Source of the DNA: Planctomycetota bacterium | GTDB lineage: Bacteria > Planctomycetota > J058 > JAJDCQ01 | Reading direction: 5' to 3' | Assembly (NCBI GenBank): GCA_029260755.1 | Contig: JAJDCQ010000035.1 | Span: forward strand, 4,603-68,602 | DNA: 64,000 nucleotides | Part shown: positions 1 through 9,248 of the stretch, piece after piece | Layout of the letters: every line of letters begins with the position of its first letter | How positions within the stretch are numbered: position 1 is the first letter of the stretch | Made by a program: the position numbers and the translations under genes | Notes under the pieces: generated by a model | What the model saw: the letters and a program-made list of their open reading frames with translations, nothing else | The model's database searches: none | What the model was told of the DNA's origin: nothing

Positions 1-157
1 TCGGAGAGCTGCGACGCGACTCGTCCCAAAGGTTGGGCTCGGTGGATGTTACTCGGTGCTGCGCGAACGACGCAAGTCCCCGCCCACCCGCCCCATCGAA
101 ACGAAAACGACACGAACGTCGCCGCCGCCGCGGGAGGCCCGCGTCGAGCCGGTTCGA

Positions 158-186
158 TTGCGTGGGGGTGGGGCGAATGCTATGGT
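158..186 (+). promoter_or_regulatory. putative sigma70 promoter (TTGCGT-N17-TATGGT, extended -10) for the S41 protease gene
   Basis: TTGCGT at 158-163, 17-nt spacer, TGc-TATGGT at 178-186, 31 nt before ATG 218. Confidence 0.45.
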
Positions 187-217
187 GGCGGCTCGAAAAG
201 CCGACCGTGGAGGGTTC

Positions 218-2362
218 ATGCTGGAACGCTATGGCTGTGCCCCGACTGCCTCCGCGCGCTGGCGACCAGCTCTGGTCGCGGCGGTCCTCCTCCCCGTCCT
301 GACCCTCGGGCTCGGGATCGCGCTCGGCCAGGACGCGCCTCCGCCGCCCGACGACGCTCCCCCCGCGCCCGTCCCGACCGAGACCTCCCCGCCCGACGAG
401 GGCGCCCCCCCGGTGCCGCCTTCGGAGACCCCCGAGGAGTCGCCTCCGGCCGCGCCCGATGATGACCCTCCATCAGATGCGACCCCCGCGCCGGGCGATG
501 GTGCCACCGCGCCCCGCGACGCCGCGGCCGCCGAGGGCGACGACGATCCGACCCCCGGGGACGCGACGCCGTCGACGCCGGGCGACGCGCCCGAGACCGC
601 GAAGGCGGGCAAGCTCACCGTCGTCTCGAACCCCGGCGAGGCCGAGGTCTTCGTCGACGGACGCTACGCCGGGGCGACGCCGGAGCTGACGCTCGACCTC
701 GCCGCGGGCGACCACGAGATCACCGTCGTCAAGCGCGGGCACATCCTCGGGATCCGCAAGGTCTCCGTCGACGAGGGCGGCGACGAGACGGTCGCCGTCG
801 AGCTCGCCCCCGACGTCGAGATCCCGTTCGGGCTCGTCCTCAAGTACGCCCCGAAGTTCTCCGAGAGCCGCGACGACGGCGAGCGGATCGTCCACGCGCT
901 CCTCCTCGCGATCGTCAACTACTTCGTCGAGGAGCGCGACCCGCGCGACCTGCTCCTCAAGGCGACCGAGGCGATGGCGTCGGTCGTCGGCGCCGTCCGC
1001 GCCCGCGAGGTCGTCCTCCGCGAGACCCTCGACGACGACGCGCGCAAGCGGTTCTACATCGACGAGATCGACCTCCGCGACTACCCCGAGCTCACCGTGA
1101 AGCGGCGGGCCACGGCGAACGGCGGGGTCGAGGTGACGGTCCGCGGCGGCGATGAGAAGCTCACCCACGCGCTCTCGCCCGACGACATGGACACCTACAT
1201 CGAGGGGTTCCGGAAGGTGTTCCGGTTCATCCGCGATCAGTGGGACGTCGAGAACAAGCTGACCGACGACATGGTCTACCACGCGGCGGTCGAGGGGATG
1301 ATCGACGCGCTCGACGACGAGCACACCCACTTCCTCCCGCCCGCCGCCCTCGAGGAGCTCCAGACCGACACGGCCGGTGAGTTCGGCGGGCTCGGGATCG
1401 TCGTCTCGGTCCGCGATCGGCAGCTCACCGTGATCGCGCCGATCGACGGGACGCCGGCCCACGCGGCCGGGATCCAGTCCGGCGACCGGATCGCCTCGAT
1501 CGACGGCGACACGACGCGCGAGCTGACGCTCCAGCAGGCGGTCCGGCGGATGCGCGGCGAGGAGGGGACGAAGGTGGTCGTCGGGATCAAGCGCGAGGGC
1601 GAGCCCGACATCCTCGAGATCCCGATCGTGCGCGGGATCATCAAGATCCGCTACCTCCGCTCGCGGATGCTCGACGGCCTGACCGGCTACGTCCGGGTGA
1701 CCTCGTTCATCGGCGAGACGCTCGAGAAGGACTTCACGGCGGCGATCGACGAGCTCGAGGCCCAGGGCATGGGCGCCCTCGTGATCGACCTGCGCGGCAA
1801 CCCGGGCGGGCTGCTCGAGCAGGCGTGGCGGCTCGCCGATCAGTTCACGAAGTCGGGCACGATCGTGTCGACGCGGACCCGCGGCGGCGAGGAGCGCGAG
1901 CGGATCCGCGCGCGCGCCGAGGGGACGCGGCCGAGCTACCCGGTCGCGGTGCTCGTCGACGGCGGCAGCGCGAGCGCGAGCGAGATCTTCTCCGGCGTGC
2001 TCCAGGACAACCGCCGCGCCGTGACCATCGGCGAGAAGACGTTCGGCAAGGGGAGCGTGCAACGGGTGATTCCGCTCGAGCCCTACGACGTCGCCTTCGC
2101 CCTCACGATCGCGACCTACCACCTGCCGAGCGGCCGGACTCCCCACAAGGTCGGGATCACGCCCGACGTCGTGATCGAGCTCGATCGCGAGACGCGGACC
2201 AAGCTCGCCAACCGGAGCGTCTACGACGCCGAGTGGGACTGGGACCCGGCCGAGGACCCGCATCTCGCCCGCGCCCTCGACCTCCTCGAGACGTGGCGCG
2301 AGAGCGGCGAGCGGCCGGAGCTGCCCGCGCCGAAGAAGACGGACGACGCCGCAGGCGAGTGA
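218..2362 (+). CDS. carboxyl-terminal processing protease (S41 family) with PEGA and PDZ domains
   Basis: Start at ATG 218 after GGAGG; signal peptide, Pro-rich linker, PEGA (LTVVSNPGEAEVFVDG), PDZ (GEFGGLGIVV), S41 motifs DLRGNPGGLL, SASASEI, TFGKGSVQ. Confidence 0.9.
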   Translation: MLERYGCAPTASARWRPALVAAVLLPVLTLGLGIALGQDAPPPPDDAPPAPVPTETSPPDEGAPPVPPSETPEESPPAAPDDDPPSDATPAPGDGATAPRDAAAAEGDDDPTPGDATPSTPGDAPETAKAGKLTVVSNPGEAEVFVDGRYAGATPELTLDLAAGDHEITVVKRGHILGIRKVSVDEGGDETVAVELAPDVEIPFGLVLKYAPKFSESRDDGERIVHALLLAIVNYFVEERDPRDLLLKATEAMASVVGAVRAREVVLRETLDDDARKRFYIDEIDLRDYPELTVKRRATANGGVEVTVRGGDEKLTHALSPDDMDTYIEGFRKVFRFIRDQWDVENKLTDDMVYHAAVEGMIDALDDEHTHFLPPAALEELQTDTAGEFGGLGIVVSVRDRQLTVIAPIDGTPAHAAGIQSGDRIASIDGDTTRELTLQQAVRRMRGEEGTKVVVGIKREGEPDILEIPIVRGIIKIRYLRSRMLDGLTGYVRVTSFIGETLEKDFTAAIDELEAQGMGALVIDLRGNPGGLLEQAWRLADQFTKSGTIVSTRTRGGEERERIRARAEGTRPSYPVAVLVDGGSASASEIFSGVLQDNRRAVTIGEKTFGKGSVQRVIPLEPYDVAFALTIATYHLPSGRTPHKVGITPDVVIELDRETRTKLANRSVYDAEWDWDPAEDPHLARALDLLETWRESGERPELPAPKKTDDAAGE

Positions 2363-2425
2363 GCGTGCCCGCCGCGTCGGCTCGACCGCGACGACCGGAC
2401 ACCACCGAAGGGACAGGAGGACGTC

Positions 2426-2644
2426 ATGCCGAAGGCCGAAGGAAACGTCGTCTGCGTGAACCACCCCCGGGCCGGGATGCACCGGCTCGGCACGTTCGAG
2501 GTCCACAAGCTCGATCCGGCCGAGGACGATCCGACCCCGACCGCCAAGATCCGTCTCTACAAGTGCCTCAACTGCGGCTACATCGAGCTCTACGAGCACA
2601 AGGTGCTCGACGACGAGATCATGGGAGCCGTCGGCCGAAAGTAG
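2426..2644 (+). CDS. small zinc-ribbon-like protein (72 aa)
   Basis: AGGAGG RBS; CVNH...CLNCGYIELY motif; lies between co-oriented genes. Confidence 0.7.
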   Translation: MPKAEGNVVCVNHPRAGMHRLGTFEVHKLDPAEDDPTPTAKIRLYKCLNCGYIELYEHKVLDDEIMGAVGRK

Positions 2645-2678
2645 TCCGACCCCTTCCGCCGAGGGGAGCGAGCGAAGC

Positions 2679-3629
2679 GTGACCGCGGAGATGAAGCCCG
2701 CCTCCAGCCGCGCGCCCGACGACGACGGCGCGAATCCGGTACGCCGCATCCTCGACGTCACCGCCGTCGCGGCCCCGTTCCGCGATGAGGTCGCCGGACG
2801 GATCCGCGACGAGGGGCTGGCGATCAAGGCGGTCGGGATCATCGCCGACGACGCGCCGAAGCCCTGCCGGACCTACGCGCGGTACACCGCGTCGGCGTGC
2901 GAGGCCGTCGGGATCGAGTTCGAGCTCCGGAGCGCGCCGCGCCTGGACGTCGAGGACGAGATCCAGCGCGCGAACGAGGACCCCGGCGTCCACGGCGTGA
3001 TCGTCTACTACCCCGTCTTCGGCGGCGGGCGCGACCTCTACATCAAAGAGATCGTGGATGACACGAAGGACCTCGAGGGCCTCGGCGCGCAGTGGTCCTA
3101 CAACCTCTATCACGACGTGCGCTGGGTCGACGTCGAGCGGACGAAGAAGTCGATCCTGCCGTGCACCCCGCTCGCGATCGTCAAGATCCTCGAGCACGTC
3201 GGCGTCTACGACGAGCGACCGCCGCCGCTCGCGGGGGTCGAGGTGACGATCGTGAACCGGAGCGAGGTGGTCGGGCGCCCGCTCGCGGCGATGCTCCACC
3301 ACGACGGCGCCCGGATCCACTCGGTCGACATCGACGGGTGCCTGCTGATGGACCACGTCGGGACGCACGAGTGCGAGCTCGGCCTCGAGGAGACGCTGCC
3401 GAGCGCCGACGTCGTCATCGTCGGCGTCCCCGACCCCGACTGGCGTCTCCCGATCGAGCAGCTCAAGCCCGGCGTGGTGGTGATCAACTTCTCCGCCTAC
3501 GCGATCGTGCCGCCGGCCGTGACCGAGCGGGCGCGGGTGTTCTGCAAGGGGCCGGGCAAGGTGACGGTCGCGATGGCGCTCCGGAACCTGCTGCGACTCT
3601 ACGACAACTTCCACGCCGGCCGGGCATAG
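2679..3629 (+). CDS. methylenetetrahydrofolate dehydrogenase, FolD superfamily, NAD-dependent MTD1-like type
   Basis: KDLEGL, KSILPCTPLAIVKILE, NRSEVVGRPLAAML, GKVTVAMALRNL. Confidence 0.85.
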   Translation: MTAEMKPASSRAPDDDGANPVRRILDVTAVAAPFRDEVAGRIRDEGLAIKAVGIIADDAPKPCRTYARYTASACEAVGIEFELRSAPRLDVEDEIQRANEDPGVHGVIVYYPVFGGGRDLYIKEIVDDTKDLEGLGAQWSYNLYHDVRWVDVERTKKSILPCTPLAIVKILEHVGVYDERPPPLAGVEVTIVNRSEVVGRPLAAMLHHDGARIHSVDIDGCLLMDHVGTHECELGLEETLPSADVVIVGVPDPDWRLPIEQLKPGVVVINFSAYAIVPPAVTERARVFCKGPGKVTVAMALRNLLRLYDNFHAGRA

Positions 3630-3666
3630 CGGGCCGCGCAGGCAGCCACCAACCGAGGGAAGAACC

Positions 3667-5265
3667 GTGCGAGTCTTCGTCACCGGAGGGACCGGCCTGA
3701 TCGGTCGCCGCCTCGTCGATCGACTGATCGGCCGCGGCGACGACGTCGTCGTCCTCTCCCGGAGCGCCGAGCGGGCGCGCCGCGAGCTCCACCCCGACGC
3801 CGAGGTCGTCGAGGGCGACCCGGCGCACCCGGGGACGTGGCAGCGCGAGGTGGAGCGCTGCGACGCCGTCGTGAACCTCGCCGGCGAGAACCTCTTCGCG
3901 CGGCGCTGGACGACGCCGCTCGACCTGATCCTCCACAACCCGCCGGTCGGGCTGGCGGGGCTGCTCAACATCGGCCTCGCCGCGGCGGCCGTCGGCGTGC
4001 TCGCGCTCCTCCTGATGGCGCCCGACGGACCGAGGGCGACGCGCCTGCCGGACGACGGCGACGGCCACCTCGTCCTGCGCCTCGACGACGTCGAGACGAT
4101 CGCCGAGGGCGACGAGCTCGTCCGGAGCCGCGGCGGGCGCGAGACCGCGCGGGTGGTGGTGAAGCACGTCGAGGCGGTGAACGAGGGCCGGGAGGCGCAC
4201 GGCGAGCTGATCGCGCTCGCGGCCGACGGCCCGCCGCTGGCGAAGGGCGACCGGTTCCTCCCCGTCGGCGAGGCGAGCCTCTTCCCGCCGCGGCGGCCGA
4301 ACGAGCGGGCGGCGCTCGGGTTCCTCGTCATCGGTCTCATCACTGCGATCGGCGCGCTCGGCGTGGCCGGCGCCGGCGTGCTGCTGCGGCTGCCGTGGGC
4401 GCGGGAGCTCGCCCTGATGGTCGCATCGCTCCTGGCGGTGGCGGCGATCGCGTGGCTCATCCTCGCGAGGACCGGCGTGATCGACGCGGGCGACTGGGCG
4501 AGCCTCGAGGGCGCCCTCGGCGCGGCGGCGGCGTTCGCGGCGCCGGTGATCCTCCTCACGATCGCGCCGCCCGACGACGGCGACCCGAGCCCGTTCAAGC
4601 GGAGGATCCGCAGCAGCCGCATCGACGCGACCCGCCAGCTCGCCCGGGCGATCGCCGGCGCGAAGGGGCCGAGCGTCTTCATCGCCGGGTCGGCGATCGG
4701 CTACTACGGGCCGCGCGACGACGAGCCGCTCGACGAGTCGGCGAAGCCGGGCGACGACTTCCTCGCCCGGCTCTGCGCCGACTGGGAGGCCGCAGCCGAC
4801 GAGGCGAACGGCGGCGAGCACGACGTGCGCGTCGTGAAGCTCCGGACCGGCGTCGTCCTCGACCGACGCGGCGGGCCGCTCGTCCAGATGGACCTCCCCT
4901 TCCGGTTCTTCGCGGGCGGACCGGTCGGGAACGGAAGGCAGTGGATGAGCTGGATCCACTGGGAGGACGAGCTCGGCCTGATCATCCACGCGCTCGACAA
5001 CCCCGAAGTCCGCGGCCCGATGAACGCGACCGCCCCCGAGCCGCTCCCGAACCGCGAGGTCGCATCGGCGCTCGGCCGAGCGCTGAGGCGTCCCGCGATG
5101 ATGCCGACGCCCGCCCTCGGGCTCCGGCTCGCCCTCGGCGAGGTCTCCGACGTCGTGACCGAGGGGCAGCGGGTCGTCCCGAAGCTCGCGAAGGAGACCG
5201 GCTACGGCTTCAAGTTCCGAAACCTCGAGGACGCTTTGGCGGACCTGTATCGACGCCCGGCGTGA
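3667..5265 (+). CDS. TIGR01777/YfcH-family NAD-dependent epimerase with an internal membrane-domain insertion
   Basis: VTGGTGLIG, VVNLAGE..RWT, SRIDAT, SAIGYYG, GRQWMSWIH, GQRVVP; about 225 extra residues in the middle. Confidence 0.85.
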   Translation: MRVFVTGGTGLIGRRLVDRLIGRGDDVVVLSRSAERARRELHPDAEVVEGDPAHPGTWQREVERCDAVVNLAGENLFARRWTTPLDLILHNPPVGLAGLLNIGLAAAAVGVLALLLMAPDGPRATRLPDDGDGHLVLRLDDVETIAEGDELVRSRGGRETARVVVKHVEAVNEGREAHGELIALAADGPPLAKGDRFLPVGEASLFPPRRPNERAALGFLVIGLITAIGALGVAGAGVLLRLPWARELALMVASLLAVAAIAWLILARTGVIDAGDWASLEGALGAAAAFAAPVILLTIAPPDDGDPSPFKRRIRSSRIDATRQLARAIAGAKGPSVFIAGSAIGYYGPRDDEPLDESAKPGDDFLARLCADWEAAADEANGGEHDVRVVKLRTGVVLDRRGGPLVQMDLPFRFFAGGPVGNGRQWMSWIHWEDELGLIIHALDNPEVRGPMNATAPEPLPNREVASALGRALRRPAMMPTPALGLRLALGEVSDVVTEGQRVVPKLAKETGYGFKFRNLEDALADLYRRPA

Positions 5266-5402
5266 GACGAGCGGCGAGTGAATCGGCGCTCGGAATCGTC
5301 CACGACGCGCGGTTCGATCCGGTGAAACCTCGCTTTCGTGCTCGACGTGGATGAGGGGGAGCGCGCCATGCGCGATCGGCGCCCGCGCGCCGAGCTCTCT
5401 TC

Positions 5403-6695
5403 TCAGTCGGACCCGGAGGGCTCCGGTGGGGCGTTCTCGTCTCGCCGGAGCTCTTCTCTTTGCTTGCGCGCTCCGGCGAACAGGTCGTAGGCGAGGAGCC
5501 GACACTCGATCGCGCCGTTCCAGAGGGGGTGGCGGCGGCTCGTCTTGAGGCCGACCGACTTGCCGAGCTTCGGGTTGCCGCAGAGCACCCAGGCGCTCCA
5601 TCCGGGGAAGCGCTGCTTGAGCGCATCGCCGAGGCCGCGGTAGAGCGCCTCGAGCTCGCGCTCCTCGCCGAGTCGCTCGCCGTACGGCGGGTTCGTGACG
5701 ACGAGGCCGGCGCCGGATCCGGGCGGCTCGGCGGTTCGAGCGTCGCCGACCTCGACCCGGATGATCGCGTCGACGCCCGCCGCCTCGGCGCTCGCCCGGG
5801 CGGCATCGATCGCGCGCGGGTTGAGGTCGCGGCCGACGATCGGCGGCGGGGAGCGGTCCTCGCCCGCCTCGGCGCGCTGGTGCGCCTCGGTCCGGACGCG
5901 GTGGAGGAGCTTGCGGTCGGCGTCGGCCCAGCCCGAGAACCCGAACGGCGACTCGCGGCCGAGGCCCGGCGCCCGGTCGGTCGCGATCCAGGCCGCCTCG
6001 ACCAGCAGCGTCCCCGTCCCGCAGAGCGGGTCGAGGAGCGGGCGGTCGCCGGCGTACTTCGCGAGGGCGAGGATGCCGGCGGCGAGGAACGGTCGGAGCG
6101 GCGCGTCGGGGGCGCCGGCGCCGGGGCGTCCGCCGTCGTAGCCGCCGCCGCCGCCGCGCCGCGTTCCGCCGGCGACGCGGGCCGCCTGACGGTAGCCCCG
6201 CTCGTGGAGCGCCACCGACCCGGTGGCGTCGAGGGAGAGATCGCATCGACCGCCGACGATCCTCGCCCGGACGAGGACGTCGGGCCGTTCGAGGTCGACG
6301 TTCGGTCGCTTGCCCCGGCGGGCGCGGAGGCGGTCGCAGATCGCGTCCTTGATGCGGAGCGCCGCGAAGTGCGCGTTCCGGATGCCCTGCTCGACGGCGT
6401 CGCGTGACGACGCGATTACCGCGATCGTCGCGCCGTCGCCGACCGCGTCCTCCCACGGCAGCTCGGTCGCCGCCTCGTGGAGGTGATCGGGCGAGCCGAA
6501 CTCGAACCCGCCGAACGAGACGAGCACGCGACTGGCCGTCCGGAGCCACAGGTTCGCCCGGTAGAGGAGCTCCTGATCGCCCCGGAAGCGAACGGCGCCG
6601 CGCTCGACGGCGACCGAGGACGCGCCGAGCTCCCGGAGCTCGTCGGCGCAGACCTCCTCGAGGCCGCGGGCGGTCGTGGCGATGAGGTCGCGCAC
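5403..6695 (-). CDS. THUMP-domain SAM-dependent RNA methyltransferase (RlmL-like, 23S rRNA m2G)
   Basis: GTG start at 6695 (VRDLIATTARGLE); YRANLWLRTASRVL, LHERGYR, DPLCGTGT, NPPYGERL. Confidence 0.85.
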   Translation of the reverse strand: MRDLIATTARGLEEVCADELRELGASSVAVERGAVRFRGDQELLYRANLWLRTASRVLVSFGGFEFGSPDHLHEAATELPWEDAVGDGATIAVIASSRDAVEQGIRNAHFAALRIKDAICDRLRARRGKRPNVDLERPDVLVRARIVGGRCDLSLDATGSVALHERGYRQAARVAGGTRRGGGGGYDGGRPGAGAPDAPLRPFLAAGILALAKYAGDRPLLDPLCGTGTLLVEAAWIATDRAPGLGRESPFGFSGWADADRKLLHRVRTEAHQRAEAGEDRSPPPIVGRDLNPRAIDAARASAEAAGVDAIIRVEVGDARTAEPPGSGAGLVVTNPPYGERLGEERELEALYRGLGDALKQRFPGWSAWVLCGNPKLGKSVGLKTSRRHPLWNGAIECRLLAYDLFAGARKQREELRRDENAPPEPSGSD

Positions 6696-6697
6696 GC

Positions 6698-8455
6698 TCA
6701 GGCCTCCTCGATGAGGCGTCGCGGCTCGGCCGCAGCCGACGGGCCGGCGCGCGTGGGCCTCTCGTCGATCGGCCGGCGGCGGGGTCGCGAGGGCTCGGGC
6801 TCGCGCTCGCGCTCGAGGGCGGACTCGGGCTCGGCCGCGGACTCGGGCACGGCCACGGGCACGGCCACGGGCACGGACTCGGGCTCGGCCACGGGGTCGG
6901 CCACGGGCACGGACTCGGACTCGGCCACGGGCTCGTACGTGGGGCTCTCCGACTCGGCGAGCAGCCTTCGTTCCGCCTCCGCGCGGAGCCGCGGCATGTC
7001 GTAGCGCAGCGCGAGCCGCTCGAGACGTTCCCGCCGGGTCGCGTCCGGCAGCGCCTGCTCGAGCCATCGCTCGAGCCCGTGGAGCGCCGTCTCGGCGTGC
7101 GCCTTCACCGGGAAGCTGAACGCGAACCCGACCGCCCCGATGACGCCGAGGATCGTCGCTCCGACCGCGTTGCCCGAGGTGGCGAGCGCGCCGGCAGCGA
7201 TCGCCGAGCCGATGCCGCCGACGCCGAGGACGCCCGAGAACGTGGCGAGGCCGCTGACGGTGGCCTCGGTGTTCCGGAGCCGCTTTCCGGCATCGACCGG
7301 GAGCGGGGCGAGCCGCTCGACGGCGCCGAGGAGGAGCTCCTCGTCCTGATCGCCGACCGTCTCGTCGAGAATCTCGCGCACGTCCTGCGCGCTGCAGCCG
7401 TAGCGATCGGCGATCGCTAACGGCGCGAGACGAGCGTGATGATGGATGAGCAGGATCGCGAGCGACCGCGCGGCCCGCGTCTTCGGGCTCTTCGGCTTCG
7501 ATCCGGTCCGGAGCTCGTCGATCGGGACGCCGGCCTCCGCCGCGACGGCCGTCTCGATCGCGTCGGGCGAGACGATGCAGGCCTCGGCGCCCGTCGCCAC
7601 GCCTCGGCCGACGGCCCGGGCGGCCAGGCCGCCACCGCCGCTCGAGACGGCGGCCCGGAGCGCGACCGCGTCGGCGAACCGTCGTTCGGGGCGGGTGTAG
7701 CACCGACCGAACGCCTCGCGCAGCGCCTGCGGGAGCTCGGCCGTCTCGAGGTCGTCGCCGGGCTGCGGCCGGCGTCCGGTGGCGAGCTCGAAGAGGAGCA
7801 CGCCGAGGGTGAACACATCCGTCCGCGTGTCCGCCGGGCCGCCGCCCTGTTGCTCGGGCGCCATGTAGGGGATCGTCCCGACGAGGCTCCTCACCTCGGT
7901 CGCGAGGTCGCGGCTGACCTGGAGCGACGCCTGCCGCGCGCGCATCGTCCCGAGGCCGAAGTCGGTCACCTTCACGACGTCGTCGGCGGCGTCGTCGTCT
8001 CCGCCGGGCGCGACGAGGATGTTCTCGGGCTTGAGGTCGCCGTGCACGACGCCCGCCGCGTGGCTCGCCGCGAGGGCGTCGACGATCTGAGCGAACACCG
8101 ACACCACCCGTGACGGCGGAAGCGGGCTCTCCTCGTCGAGGACGGCGCGCAAGGTCCTCCCGGGCACGTACTCGACCAGGAGATAGGGCGGGTCGTGGTC
8201 GAGGTCGATCCCGATGGCTCGGGCGACGTTCGGGTGATCGAGGGCAGCGAGGCAGCGCCCCTCGTCGCGAAGGTGCTGGATCTGTTCGGGGTCGCGGAGC
8301 AGCTTCGCGGCGGCGGTGCGTTCGGGCCACAGATGATGGCGCGCCAGCCAGACGGTCGCGAATCCACCCTCGCCGAGCGGCTCGACGAGCTCGAAGTCCG
8401 CGACCCGAAGTCCGGGCCGGGCCTCGGTCTCGGCGGACTCGGGGCGCTCGGTCAT
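6698..8455 (-). CDS. Ser/Thr protein kinase with a DnaA-domain-IV-like HTH, two TM segments and a repeat tail
   Basis: LGEGGFATV, HGDLKPEN, DFG, GTIPYMAPE; C-terminal modules described in findings. Confidence 0.88.
   Translation of the reverse strand: MTERPESAETEARPGLRVADFELVEPLGEGGFATVWLARHHLWPERTAAAKLLRDPEQIQHLRDEGRCLAALDHPNVARAIGIDLDHDPPYLLVEYVPGRTLRAVLDEESPLPPSRVVSVFAQIVDALAASHAAGVVHGDLKPENILVAPGGDDDAADDVVKVTDFGLGTMRARQASLQVSRDLATEVRSLVGTIPYMAPEQQGGGPADTRTDVFTLGVLLFELATGRRPQPGDDLETAELPQALREAFGRCYTRPERRFADAVALRAAVSSGGGGLAARAVGRGVATGAEACIVSPDAIETAVAAEAGVPIDELRTGSKPKSPKTRAARSLAILLIHHHARLAPLAIADRYGCSAQDVREILDETVGDQDEELLLGAVERLAPLPVDAGKRLRNTEATVSGLATFSGVLGVGGIGSAIAAGALATSGNAVGATILGVIGAVGFAFSFPVKAHAETALHGLERWLEQALPDATRRERLERLALRYDMPRLRAEAERRLLAESESPTYEPVAESESVPVADPVAEPESVPVAVPVAVPESAAEPESALEREREPEPSRPRRRPIDERPTRAGPSAAAEPRRLIEEA
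6820..6932 (-). repeat. coding tandem repeats (PVAEPESV/PVAV) in the kinase tail
   Basis: repeated GGACTCGGGC and GGCCACGGGC units. Confidence 0.7.
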
Positions 8456-8582
8456 GCCGCAGAGCCTACCGGCCGGTGGGATCCAAGTCCACCCGAGGCT
8501 CGTCTCATGGCTCCGGACGCCCGGGCACGATGCGCCCTGCGGCGTCGTATGTTAGGCTGATTTCGCGGTCTTTGAGTCACGA

Positions 8583-8611
8583 GGAACCAGCGTGGCGCCA
8601 TCGGGGTCCAA
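8583..8611 (+). promoter_or_regulatory. putative autoregulatory ECF promoter (GGAACC-N17-GTCCAA)
   Basis: matches the ECF -35 GGAAC / -10 GTC pattern, 7 nt before GTG 8619. Confidence 0.55.
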
Positions 8612-8618
8612 GGGTGCG

Positions 8619-9236
8619 GTGACGGGAGATGCGGCCGCCGAGGCCGATCCCCGGAGCGTCGATGACGCCCTCGTCGCGGCTGCCCAGGCCGGCGACCAGG
8701 CGGCGTTCGGGCAGCTGGTGGAACGTTATCAGGATCGCGTCGTGAACTTCTGCTACCGACGAACGCGGAACCACGAGGACGCCCTCGACGTCGCCCAGGA
8801 GGTGTTCGTCAAGGCGTTCCGCGCGATCAAGAACTACCAGGGTCAGAGCGCGTTTTACACCTGGGTCTACCGGATCGCGGTCAACACGACGACCACCCAC
8901 TGGCAGCGGGGCCGCAAGCATCAGGGCGTCCTCTCGCTCGACGGCATCGGATTCGCCGGCGACGACGGCGAGCGCCGCTACGAGCCGTCCGACGACCAGG
9001 GGATCGCGCCGCCGGACCAGGCGATCCGCGACGAGGACGTTCGCCGCGTTCGCGAGGCGATCGGCGAGCTCGAGGGAACCGACAACCTCCTGATCGTCCT
9101 CCGAGACATCGAGGGGCTCTCCTACGAGGAGATCGCCGAGACCCTCGAGATGAAGCTGGGCAGCGTGAAGAGCCATCTCCACCGGGCGCGCGGGCGCCTG
9201 CGCGAGAAGCTCCGAGCCATGGGAGTGCAGGGCTAG
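8619..9236 (+). CDS. ECF RNA polymerase sigma factor (RpoE/SigW-like)
   Basis: GDQAAFGQLVERYQ, DALDVAQEVFVKAF, FYTWVYRIAVN, GLSYEEIAETL..GSVKSHLHRAR; alternative start at 8592. Confidence 0.92.
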   Translation: MTGDAAAEADPRSVDDALVAAAQAGDQAAFGQLVERYQDRVVNFCYRRTRNHEDALDVAQEVFVKAFRAIKNYQGQSAFYTWVYRIAVNTTTTHWQRGRKHQGVLSLDGIGFAGDDGERRYEPSDDQGIAPPDQAIRDEDVRRVREAIGELEGTDNLLIVLRDIEGLSYEEIAETLEMKLGSVKSHLHRARGRLREKLRAMGVQG

Positions 9237-9248
9237 ACCGGATCGATC

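Noticed and set aside
473-2842. Long antisense and alternative-frame ORFs throughout (e.g. 473-2842, 8577-12815, 31217-34378, 39420-42557, 48384-52310)
   Set aside because: They are shadows of real genes caused by stop-codon scarcity at very high GC; Arg/Pro/Gly-rich with no family motifs
3913-4590. Intein in the TIGR01777 gene
   Set aside because: No intein terminal motifs or homing endonuclease signature; the insert is transmembrane
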